Source: Candidatus Dadabacteria bacterium
GTDB lineage: Bacteria > Desulfobacterota_D > UBA1144 > Nemesobacterales > CSP1-2
Reading direction: 5' to 3'
Length of the DNA: 15,743 nt
Assembly (NCBI GenBank): GCA_040289575.1
Contig: PSLL01000016.1
Location: forward strand, 33,337 to 49,079
Below the pieces are notes generated by a model. That model saw only the letters and a list, made by a program, of their open reading frames with translations. It was not told the DNA's origin and searched no databases. Position 1 is the stretch's first letter. The number at the start of each line of letters is the position of its first letter. The translations under genes and the position numbers were made by a program. This document shows, one piece after another, positions 1 to 8,272 of this stretch.

Positions 1-128
1 AAGCAATTATTAATTAGTAGATCAAGCGTCTTTAATGCTAAATCCTTAGATTCCCTATATCCCAGAATCTTAATCTCTTCAGGCTCTAAATCAATAAAAA
101 GGATATTTTTAGCGGTATTGTGCTTCAT
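1..128 (-). CDS. Partial ORF running off the window edge ([42 protein letters not shown]...), possibly a downstream fragment of the YyaL-like gene
   Basis: Manual translation: ATG at 128, no stop to position 1, overlapping the end of the 109..420 ORF in another frame. KILG...[10 protein letters not shown] loosely resembles a helix in the YyaL helical domain. Confidence 0.35.
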   Translation of the reverse strand, partial: MKHNTAKNILFIDLEPEEIKILGYRESKDLALKTLDLLINNC

Positions 129-420
129 CTTGCTGGTATCTCCTGTCAACATCCGGACGCTCATCCCGGTCTACCTTCACAGGTATAAAATTCTCGTTTA
201 TGATTCTCGCAATCTCTTCATCGTCGTAGCTTTCCCTATCAATAACATGGCACCAGTGACACCATACGGCACCTATATCAAGAAGGATGGGGCGATCCAA
301 ATCCTTTGCCTTTTGGAACGCCTCTTCGCCCCAGGGATACCAGTCTACAGGCTGGTAGCCTGCACTCCTCAGATATGCACTGGTCTCATTGGCTAAACGG
401 TTTCTTCTTTCTTGAGACAT
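109..420 (-). pseudogene. Truncated DUF255/YyaL (SPATA20-like) thioredoxin-domain protein; N-terminal domain only
   Basis: [12 protein letters not shown]...[12 protein letters not shown]...[16 protein letters not shown]...[15 protein letters not shown] is the YyaL N-terminal signature. The ORF stops at 103 aa, before the conserved GGWP motif, whereas the family is usually several hundred aa longer. SD-like AAGGAG lies upstream. Confidence 0.75.
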
Positions 421-570
421 GGAATTTCTCCTTAAATTCTATCGAGGGATTTACTATCGGGGACAAATGAAAGGGACAAGGCAATCTCCTAGTAGTTACC
501 CAATCGGGACGGTTGTTTCAAACTACGTTATATGATTACTACTCCGTATTCAATGGCAGGTTCGGGTTTT

Positions 571-2469
571 TTAATCACTCCTCAAGATTTGTTCGACCGT
601 AGTGTAGACCTGAGACACCGTAAAGGGTTTGGGCATGAAAGAGAATGCACCTTCAGCCATTACCTTATCCGATACATCTTCCTCCGCTCTTCCGCTTAGA
701 ACTACAACAATTGAGCTGGGGTCTATAGTCTTTATCTCTCTAAGCACATCAAAACCGCTCTTCCCCGGCATTGTCAGGTCAAGAAATATGATGTCAAAGT
801 GATTTCCTTTTATAAGCTCTATAGCTTCATTGCCGGTGCTTGCAGTAAAGACGCTGTGGACAATGCTTGAGAGACACTCTTTAAGTATTGCACATATAAA
901 CTCTTCGTCGTCTACTATCAGGATTTTTGCGTTCCTTTTAGTTTGCAGAACACTTCTGTTGACTTCCTTATCCGACGCACTGCCCTTGACGGAATTTGAG
1001 GGAGGTTGAACGTTTGGAAGGCGTACTGTAAAGGTCGTTCCCTGTCCAACCTCACTTCCCACCTCTATCTGCCCATCATGCCTTTTAATTATTGCATAAA
1101 TCACAGAGAGTCCAAGCCCGGTGCCAGATGCCGAACCGCCTTCTTTAGTCGTAAAAAATGGATCAAAGATCCGCGACAGGTCCTCTTTCGCAATTCCGAT
1201 CCCCGTATCTGAGAAGTCTATCTTTACGTATTCACCTTCCAATTCAGTGGTTATTGTAATCACACCACCCTGCGGCATCGCCTGCTTTGAATTTATAGCC
1301 ATATTGAGTATAACCTGCTGAATTTCGCCCACATTCATCCTAAATGGAGGGACATCCCCATATTGGCGTACGATTTTTATCCCCCTAAGTTCAAAACTAT
1401 GCTCTATGAGAGTGAGCGCATCCTCTATTGTTTCATTTATTGAGGCGCACTCAAACTTCTCCCCCCTTTGTCTTGAGAAAGAGAGTAACTTCTTTACAAT
1501 CTCTATTGCCCTAGCAGAGGCCTTCTCTACTATCCTCAAGTCTCCTTTGATCTGTTCAAGGCTCTCTCTTGTCATAGCAAAACTCGTGTAGCCCATAATT
1601 CCAGAGAGAATATTGTTAAATTCATGGGCAATCCCCGCGGCAAGCTGGCCTACGGCAGACATTTTGGCAGACTGAACCAGTTGTACCTCTAGCTTTTTTT
1701 TCTCCGTAATATCATCAGTAACACCTATCACACCAAATATCTCACCGGTTTCAAAATCGAGGAGAGGAGAAAGGGTGATTTCTAGGAATCTATCTCCATA
1801 CTTAACCTCGCGCTTTGCAACATAAGAAGGGACGGTCAATAAATCAGGAAGAATTGAGCTAAAATCTACGACATCTATTAATTCAGTAATCTTCTGCCCA
1901 ATACAATCCTCACCAAATATGCTTATGGTTTTCGGATTCGCACTTTTTATAACCAAATCTCTATCCAGTGTCACAATGCTTTCGTGAGTGCTAGCGAGTA
2001 TATTCTCAAGCTCCCTGTTTCTCTCCCTTACCTTGAGCTCAAGACTCTTGTTTAGCTCTCGAAGCTCTTTGAGGAGACGCCTGTTTTCCTGCATAAGCTC
2101 ATATCCTTCGGTAGCACGCTTTATTATGCTCTTTAGCTTATTATAGTCGAGGGGTTTTGTGAGATAATCAAACGCCCCGAGTTGCATCGCCTTCATAGCG
2201 GTCCCCAGTGAAGCAAACCCGGTCATCATAATAACTGGCAGATCGGGATTAAGTGCCCTTATTCCTTCGAGAAGGTCTATTCCATTTTTTTCAGGCATTC
2301 GGATGTCAGTGAGGACAACATGGAAAAGGTTCTCTTTTAGAAGATCAAGTGCCCTGTTACAGTTAAAAGCGGTAGTTACCTGATAGCCTTCTTTTGTAAG
2401 GATGTCCGATATGATCTTTAGGATCAAACGCTCATCATCAACTACTAAGGCTCTTTTGTTCTCCATCAT
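571..2469 (-). CDS. Cytoplasmic hybrid sensor histidine kinase/response regulator (REC - coiled coil - PAS - HisKA - HATPase - REC)
   Basis: N-terminal REC (VVDDE, LTDIRMP, TGF, TKP); PAS-like segment; H-box AHEFNN; N-box QQVILNMAIN; DTGIG, FDPFFTTK and GTGLGL boxes; C-terminal REC (IVDDE, FLDLTMP, PKP). Overlaps the upstream kinase gene by 32 bp; the true start may be the second ATG at 2466. Confidence 0.93.
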   Translation of the reverse strand: MMENKRALVVDDERLILKIISDILTKEGYQVTTAFNCNRALDLLKENLFHVVLTDIRMPEKNGIDLLEGIRALNPDLPVIMMTGFASLGTAMKAMQLGAFDYLTKPLDYNKLKSIIKRATEGYELMQENRRLLKELRELNKSLELKVRERNRELENILASTHESIVTLDRDLVIKSANPKTISIFGEDCIGQKITELIDVVDFSSILPDLLTVPSYVAKREVKYGDRFLEITLSPLLDFETGEIFGVIGVTDDITEKKKLEVQLVQSAKMSAVGQLAAGIAHEFNNILSGIMGYTSFAMTRESLEQIKGDLRIVEKASARAIEIVKKLLSFSRQRGEKFECASINETIEDALTLIEHSFELRGIKIVRQYGDVPPFRMNVGEIQQVILNMAINSKQAMPQGGVITITTELEGEYVKIDFSDTGIGIAKEDLSRIFDPFFTTKEGGSASGTGLGLSVIYAIIKRHDGQIEVGSEVGQGTTFTVRLPNVQPPSNSVKGSASDKEVNRSVLQTKRNAKILIVDDEEFICAILKECLSSIVHSVFTASTGNEAIELIKGNHFDIIFLDLTMPGKSGFDVLREIKTIDPSSIVVVLSGRAEEDVSDKVMAEGAFSFMPKPFTVSQVYTTVEQILRSD

Positions 2470-4972
2470 CCTCTACTCCTATATTACCACTGTAACTAAT
2501 AGGAAGCTCTACCATAAAGGTAGTGCCTTTACCCTTTTCACTGCTGACTAAAATCCTCCCTCTATGCTCTTCAACTATCTTATAACTTATAGAGAGTCCG
2601 AGTCCAGTACCTGTATCCTTCTTTGTAAAGAAGGGATTAAAAATCTTTGGAATATCCTCCTCATCTATTCCGATACCTGTATCCGTAAATTTTATCAATA
2701 CACAGTCTGAGTTTCCAGAGGCGAGGCCCGTATCAATTCGGAGTTCTCCACCAGGGGACATTGCCTGAATGGCGTTTATTATAATATTGATGAACACCTG
2801 CCAGAGTTGATTTAGATCGCCTACAATACTCGGAATGCTAACATCAAAGTTCGTTATGAGCTTAATGTGATTATCTGAGAGTTGCTTCCTTACAAGAATC
2901 AAGGCGTTCTCAAGCACGCTGTTTATGTCTAATAACTCAAAATGCGGTGGTTCAGCCCTTGAAAACCTAAGCAGGTTGTCAATTAAGCGGTTGGTTCGTT
3001 CAACCTCGTGTTTGATATAATTTAAATACTCCCCCGCGGTAGAGCCTTCTCCGTTTATCACCTGAGATAAATAGTACCTTGCACCCTCTATTATATTTAG
3101 AGGATTGCGAATCTCATGCGCGATTCCAGCCGCAAGTTGTCCTATCGCCGACATCTTTTCCGCTTGTATAAGCTGCGATTGAGTCTCTCTAAGCTCTTTA
3201 TTTGCCCTTTCCAATCTTTTGGCATAATCCTCAACCATTCTATAAGCAATGGCGTTCTCAATGGCAATTGCACTCTGATTCGCAAGGGTTTTAAGCAGCC
3301 TTATATCCTCTGATGTATAGAGAAGTCCGGATTTCTTCTCACCCAAAGATAAAACACCTATTAGCCGCCCTTTAAAGAATAGAGGTATAAATAAAGCGGC
3401 GTTAAAGTCGCTGAAGGCTCCCATAAGTTTGTCCCTATATTCTATATACTTTTCATCGACAATCAAATCTTCCTTAAGAACCTCCTTCTTATACCTTTTG
3501 AGCAAGGCAACTAAACAACTATTTTCTTTAATCACATGGCTATTTATGGCACTTGCGGTTCCACTTGTAGCATAAACCTCATAGTTCCCGGAATTCTCAT
3601 TCCAGAGGATAATAGACACCGAATTTAAAAACATAGTTCTCTCAATAGAGGTAATAATCTTAGTGGCGATCTCATCAAGGTCAAGAAGAGATGTCATAGC
3701 GGAGCTTATCTCCTCAATAGTCCTGCGGTAGTCATATCTTTTTCTAAAGAACGTTAAATCTATAAAATTCTGGATTTGATTTTTAAGTGGATTTAAAGCA
3801 ATGACCACGAAAATAGTTAGTATTATGAAGAATACCGGATTCCTCCAGCCTCCATAGCTGGCAAAAACTACATTAAAAGCAATTACCATTAATATAAAAA
3901 TCCCACCTAGTACTCCCGTCAATATACTATAAAGCAGGGTCTTTTTAACAATGGCATCTATATCAAAGAGACTATGCTTTACAATGGCATAGGCCACTGA
4001 AATAATGAAAATAATAACCGGAAGAGCCAGAAGATTGTAAGGAATATCTATCTTAAAAACAGTAACGCCAATTGCTCCTAGAGCAGGCAAGAACAAGCCA
4101 AAAGAAGAGCCTAGTAATATCACTTGAGCCTTCTGTCTCTCTAAAGCAGAAGTCCCTTTCAAATAAGTTATCAATGATGAGGCTGGCAGTGACAGAGAGC
4201 CTAATATTATATACAACCAAATTGAGGTATTAATATTCTTCCAGATGACGTAAGAATCAAAATAGACTGTGTTTAAGGTAAACAAAAATGATGAAAGTGC
4301 AAACAAAAAAGCAATATAGTAATCTCTCCATTTTAAGAGGCTCTCAGAGGGAAAAATAAAAGCCAAATATATAGCAAAAGCTGGGGAAAAGAGCCCACCC
4401 AAAAAGGCTAGGTTCCCAAGCAGATATGTAGTCTGAGCACTGAATGAAGTTACAAACCAAATTCCAATCGAGGAGCAAAAAAAGAAGAAGATTCTGCTAG
4501 AGTGTAATTGGGGCTTTAAATAGTATACGAAAGTTCCTACAATCAGGAGAATAAAACCAATAAAATAGATAACTCCGAATATCCATATAAAGTCGCCCAC
4601 AGTAAATCTCATAGTGGGAATAGATAGATTAATAAACTCCCCATTTCTAAATACACGGTAATCAATTATAGTTCCTACGGGCAAACTATTAACAGCCCTA
4701 AAAATATCGCTAGGAGAAGATACCTTTTTTCTATTAATTTCAATTATCTTATCAGAGAATCTTTTTAAGCCTACTCTTTTATTCACCTTATAGGGGATAT
4801 CCGTAACTACTAAATTCCTGTAGAATAAAAAACCGGGGAATGGCTTATCTATCCATTGCAGTGCTGAAACAAAGCTAATTACACACACCGCAAGTGATAA
4901 TGAGACTGTCGCAATAGTCAGAAGCTTATATATCTTATTATCAAAAATATCTAACAATCGATTCTCTGTCAT
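2438..4972 (-). CDS. Membrane sensor histidine kinase (TM - periplasmic PDZ-like domain - multi-TM region - GAF - HisKA - HATPase)
   Basis: PDZ-like DKIIEINRKKV...VGTIIDYRVFRNG; roughly nine further hydrophobic segments including YAIVKHSLFDI; GAF-type IPLFFKGRLIGVLSLG...LLKTLANQSAIAIENA; H-box AHEIRNPL; DTGIG, FNPFFT and GTGLGL boxes. Confidence 0.93.
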   Translation of the reverse strand: MTENRLLDIFDNKIYKLLTIATVSLSLAVCVISFVSALQWIDKPFPGFLFYRNLVVTDIPYKVNKRVGLKRFSDKIIEINRKKVSSPSDIFRAVNSLPVGTIIDYRVFRNGEFINLSIPTMRFTVGDFIWIFGVIYFIGFILLIVGTFVYYLKPQLHSSRIFFFFCSSIGIWFVTSFSAQTTYLLGNLAFLGGLFSPAFAIYLAFIFPSESLLKWRDYYIAFLFALSSFLFTLNTVYFDSYVIWKNINTSIWLYIILGSLSLPASSLITYLKGTSALERQKAQVILLGSSFGLFLPALGAIGVTVFKIDIPYNLLALPVIIFIISVAYAIVKHSLFDIDAIVKKTLLYSILTGVLGGIFILMVIAFNVVFASYGGWRNPVFFIILTIFVVIALNPLKNQIQNFIDLTFFRKRYDYRRTIEEISSAMTSLLDLDEIATKIITSIERTMFLNSVSIILWNENSGNYEVYATSGTASAINSHVIKENSCLVALLKRYKKEVLKEDLIVDEKYIEYRDKLMGAFSDFNAALFIPLFFKGRLIGVLSLGEKKSGLLYTSEDIRLLKTLANQSAIAIENAIAYRMVEDYAKRLERANKELRETQSQLIQAEKMSAIGQLAAGIAHEIRNPLNIIEGARYYLSQVINGEGSTAGEYLNYIKHEVERTNRLIDNLLRFSRAEPPHFELLDINSVLENALILVRKQLSDNHIKLITNFDVSIPSIVGDLNQLWQVFINIIINAIQAMSPGGELRIDTGLASGNSDCVLIKFTDTGIGIDEEDIPKIFNPFFTKKDTGTGLGLSISYKIVEEHRGRILVSSEKGKGTTFMVELPISYSGNIGVEDDGEQKSLSS

Positions 4973-4989
4973 CTTTGTTCAAATTTAGG

Positions 4990-6132
4990 CTATTTTAAAT
5001 TGTTCGCATCGAAATTCCTTCCGTATACCGTCCAGTGTAGATCAATTTTCCCACCCATACATTCGGCAACACGTCTGGAATCCTTATTATCCTCTAGTAT
5101 CCACGTAGCCGTAGCCTCCCTATAGCCCTTTTCAATCATAGCTTTATACACACAAGCGACTAAAGTTGGACCTATCCCTCTACTCCTGTATTTATCCATT
5201 ACGCCTGCCATGATAATGGTTCCACCTTTTATACGGCGCAACTTAATAGGAAACTTAAGCACCCTTATTAGATTCACCCTTCCATTGAATTCTCTAAAGA
5301 TCGGGGCGTACTGTGGAAATCCACCAACAAAACCCACTGGCTTTCCATCTACCTCTGCGATTAACCAAAAATCAGGAATTACAAGGCTTTTAAATTCATT
5401 GACTATCTCCATAAATTCATCGTAATTAAAAGGAACATTACCCCACAGATGTATAAAAGCCTCATTAAAGATTCTAAGAATAGAGCGAACCTCATCATCC
5501 CATTTGGATTTATTTATCCGTCTTATTTGAACTCCTCGAACGAGCGTTTTCCCAGAAAAGGAATAGATCTGTTCAATATTTTCCGGCAGAGTAAGATCAA
5601 TAGAATAATGCAGAAGTTGCTTTATCGGATTAAAGCCAGCCCTCAAAAAATAGCCATGATAGTATGGCGGGGTATAGACCTGCAGAAAAGAAGGGGTCTT
5701 TTCAAAACCGGCTGATAAGAGCCCTCCCCCAAAAAGTCCGAAGATTCCATTTATAGGAGCCCAAACCTCTTTACATCCCTCTTGTTCCAAAAACTCAAGC
5801 GCCTTATCGAAGAGGAGTTTAATTGATTCCTCTTTATCAGAAAGTGCTTCGAAGAAACCAAGGAAACCCACACTCTTATTGTGATACTGATTAAAATAGT
5901 CATCCACAAGCGCACTTACAGTACCAACTATCTCCTTATTTTCCTCTACCACGAACCTTTTATTTCTCACTTTTCTAAAATAGAGGTAATCGCCAGAGAT
6001 GAGCTTTACCTGGTCTTTAATAAGAAAGTATGGAACCCATTGAGGGAAGTTCTTATAAACCTTCCATGAGAGCCTTATAGACTCTTCTATTTCCCTCTTG
6101 GAAGAAATCTCTTTAACACATCCTTCCGCCAT
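4990..6132 (-). CDS. Tandem GNAT-fold N-acyltransferase, YghO / bacterial ceramide synthase (bCerS)-like
   Basis: 380 aa with the family pattern W.VY...PQWVP, GFLGFFE, YTPPYY, IFNEAF..LWG.VP, acyl-CoA-binding YRSRGIG and WILEDN. Confidence 0.8.
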   Translation of the reverse strand: MAEGCVKEISSKREIEESIRLSWKVYKNFPQWVPYFLIKDQVKLISGDYLYFRKVRNKRFVVEENKEIVGTVSALVDDYFNQYHNKSVGFLGFFEALSDKEESIKLLFDKALEFLEQEGCKEVWAPINGIFGLFGGGLLSAGFEKTPSFLQVYTPPYYHGYFLRAGFNPIKQLLHYSIDLTLPENIEQIYSFSGKTLVRGVQIRRINKSKWDDEVRSILRIFNEAFIHLWGNVPFNYDEFMEIVNEFKSLVIPDFWLIAEVDGKPVGFVGGFPQYAPIFREFNGRVNLIRVLKFPIKLRRIKGGTIIMAGVMDKYRSRGIGPTLVACVYKAMIEKGYREATATWILEDNKDSRRVAECMGGKIDLHWTVYGRNFDANNLK

Positions 6133-6171
6133 TCAGGATAAATTACTCTTTCAGCAGGACTAAACACAGGA

Positions 6172-6200
6172 ATTTTATTATAAGATGAATAATATTGCAA
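6172..6200 (-). promoter_or_regulatory. Putative sigma70 promoter for the GNAT-kinase-hybrid kinase unit
   Basis: Minus strand TTGCAA (6200-6195), 17-nt spacer, TAAAAT (6177-6172), about 40 nt upstream of the GNAT ATG. The AT-rich context lowers specificity. Confidence 0.55.
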
Positions 6201-6440
6201 CCTTCTCTTTAAGATATACCAACTCAATGAGATTTTTGTATGCTAGTTGTCTACTGAAAGTTAAGTTCAAGTAAAAGAAAAATTCTTAAATATCGGTAGG
6301 TTATATATTTATTTTAATGTAAGTTAGTATAAAAGGTATGCAACTTAATTAAATTATTATACTTTCTATTTTGATCTGAGATTTTTTACACGGCAAATAA
6401 ACAATCAAAACAATAACTATTAGAAACAGAGTTTATTAAA

Positions 6441-6464
6441 ATGGGTCGGACATCCTTGCCCGAT
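6441..6464 (-). terminator. GC-rich hairpin downstream of the beta-barrel gene; weak intrinsic terminator or REP-like element
   Basis: Minus strand TCGGGCA-AGGA-TGTCCGA stem (one G-U pair) followed by CCCATTTTAAT; the U-tract is short and offset. Confidence 0.3.
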
Positions 6465-6507
6465 CTCTATGGACTTATGGTATTCCCTGGCTATATATAC
6501 CTTATTA

Positions 6508-8172
6508 TCACTTTTTAAAGAACTGATCAATAAATACAAGTAGCCTTCCCTGAAAAGAAAAAGGTACTCTCGGAGCACTAAAGTCACTTGGGGTTGTTAA
6601 CGGAGGTTCACCCCTGGATATCGCCGCATTATTTACCTCAAGTGAAGCCCTCTGCTCTTGTAGGTCTCTGAGACCACTTCCTGAGATTACAACACTACCT
6701 ATGAAATCAAAATTTACATTGGGCAAAACCTTAATTGTGAGAGTCCCCTCAATCTCAGCCCCTAAGAATTTACCCACTTTATTACTTGCACCGGTGATGG
6801 GGTCAGGAGTAAGTAGAGCCTGGCGCTCATCATTCCATGCAAAGAGAACTTGTGGGGTAAACAAAACCCTATCCGCAAGCCTAGCGGTTGTCCAACCCCT
6901 TACATAAGAGGCATTGATAACACTGCCCTCTAGTCCGTATATAGTCGGAATAATGTGTTTAAAAAGCAGATTGTCAATGTTATATGCAGGACTAAACGTG
7001 ATCGCGTTTCCTTCTATATTTGGATTAGAAGGCCCATTGATTTTATCTCCTTTTGCAAAGCCAAATTCAACAGCGGCAATATTTATCGGAAATCCCGGAT
7101 ATACCTCAGCCCTACCTGCAAAAACTAGGTTAGACGGCTTAACTTTAATCTCATCCGTTGGAAACGTAAAAGTGGGTGTGCTAAAGGCTTCCCTGGCATG
7201 TGTTACCTTTCCGAAAATATCGTCAATCTCGAAGGCAAATCTAAATAAATCGGTTTTATATTCAGTGAACAGAGCCGAAGTAAAGCTTCTTGTATCTGCC
7301 GCCGTTCCAGCAAAGTGCTTTTGCACAGCATATGGGAATATATAGCCCGCGACCTTAAAATGCCCTCGCGCCCATTCAAGAAGGGAACCAACCTCCCAAC
7401 CATCTCCTTGTCCTGCAATTAGGGTTGTTCCTTGCACTAGCCTATCTAGGGCAATTCCAAAAGAGAAATTTCCACCTGCAAGAGGAAAAACAGCAAGATA
7501 CCCTAGCCTATCCACTATAAAACCCAAGTCCGAATAGGGATCGGTACCACTATTATATAAAATTCCCAATCCGAAATCATAAGACTGCCTTCCAACCCTT
7601 ATATAACCTATATTTGGAATAAGGAGATCAACATGAAACATACGAGCATTGAAATACTGATTCCTATCATCCCCAACAAAACCGTTAGAACCTATACCAC
7701 CAGCGGGGTCAAAAGGCGGACGACCCCTAAATGGAGACAAGGTGTTTCCAAAGATCCCGGTTGAAAGAACAGTTACTGAAACAGGACCGGCAAGAATCGC
7801 GCCTCTAAACCTATCCCCAGGGGTTAAGGACTCAAATACAACATCACGCTCTAATGCAGAGTTTGCCCCACCCCAAATAACATTATCCATCACATCTACC
7901 TGAGCCCTAATTAAAACATTCTCACTTAGCCTTAGCTCAGGCGTTAAGCGAAGTCTTGAATCCACGAAAAATATCCTGTCATTCGCACTGTTAAGACCGA
8001 GTTGCTTTGCGGTATTCTTATCAAGTGCTCCAATAAAGGTTGAATCTTGGTAAAACTGTGGACGAATACGGAAATAGCTGGGGTATCCCCCCAAAGTCAA
8101 TTCAACTGCCCAAGAATAATCAGGTATAAGAATCCCTAAAAAGAATAGAAAAAGCCACCCGGCTTTTTTCAT
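6508..8172 (-). CDS. Predicted outer-membrane beta-barrel protein (porin/alginate-export-like) with Sec signal peptide
   Basis: Signal peptide MKKAGWLFLFFLGILIPDYSWA; amphipathic beta-strand patterns (DSRLRLTPELRLSENVLIRAQVDVMDN, YIRVGRQ..DFGLGI, FLGAEIEGTLT); strong SD AAGGAGG. Confidence 0.7.
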   Translation of the reverse strand: MKKAGWLFLFFLGILIPDYSWAVELTLGGYPSYFRIRPQFYQDSTFIGALDKNTAKQLGLNSANDRIFFVDSRLRLTPELRLSENVLIRAQVDVMDNVIWGGANSALERDVVFESLTPGDRFRGAILAGPVSVTVLSTGIFGNTLSPFRGRPPFDPAGGIGSNGFVGDDRNQYFNARMFHVDLLIPNIGYIRVGRQSYDFGLGILYNSGTDPYSDLGFIVDRLGYLAVFPLAGGNFSFGIALDRLVQGTTLIAGQGDGWEVGSLLEWARGHFKVAGYIFPYAVQKHFAGTAADTRSFTSALFTEYKTDLFRFAFEIDDIFGKVTHAREAFSTPTFTFPTDEIKVKPSNLVFAGRAEVYPGFPINIAAVEFGFAKGDKINGPSNPNIEGNAITFSPAYNIDNLLFKHIIPTIYGLEGSVINASYVRGWTTARLADRVLFTPQVLFAWNDERQALLTPDPITGASNKVGKFLGAEIEGTLTIKVLPNVNFDFIGSVVISGSGLRDLQEQRASLEVNNAAISRGEPPLTTPSDFSAPRVPFSFQGRLLVFIDQFFKK

Positions 8173-8272
8173 CTCTCCTTCCTCCTTATTTATGATTCTA
8201 ATTCTACCTGGCTTTATATTATATCCTTTCCCCCTCTTTAAACACCCAAGGCAAATTTAAGTTTGGAATCTA

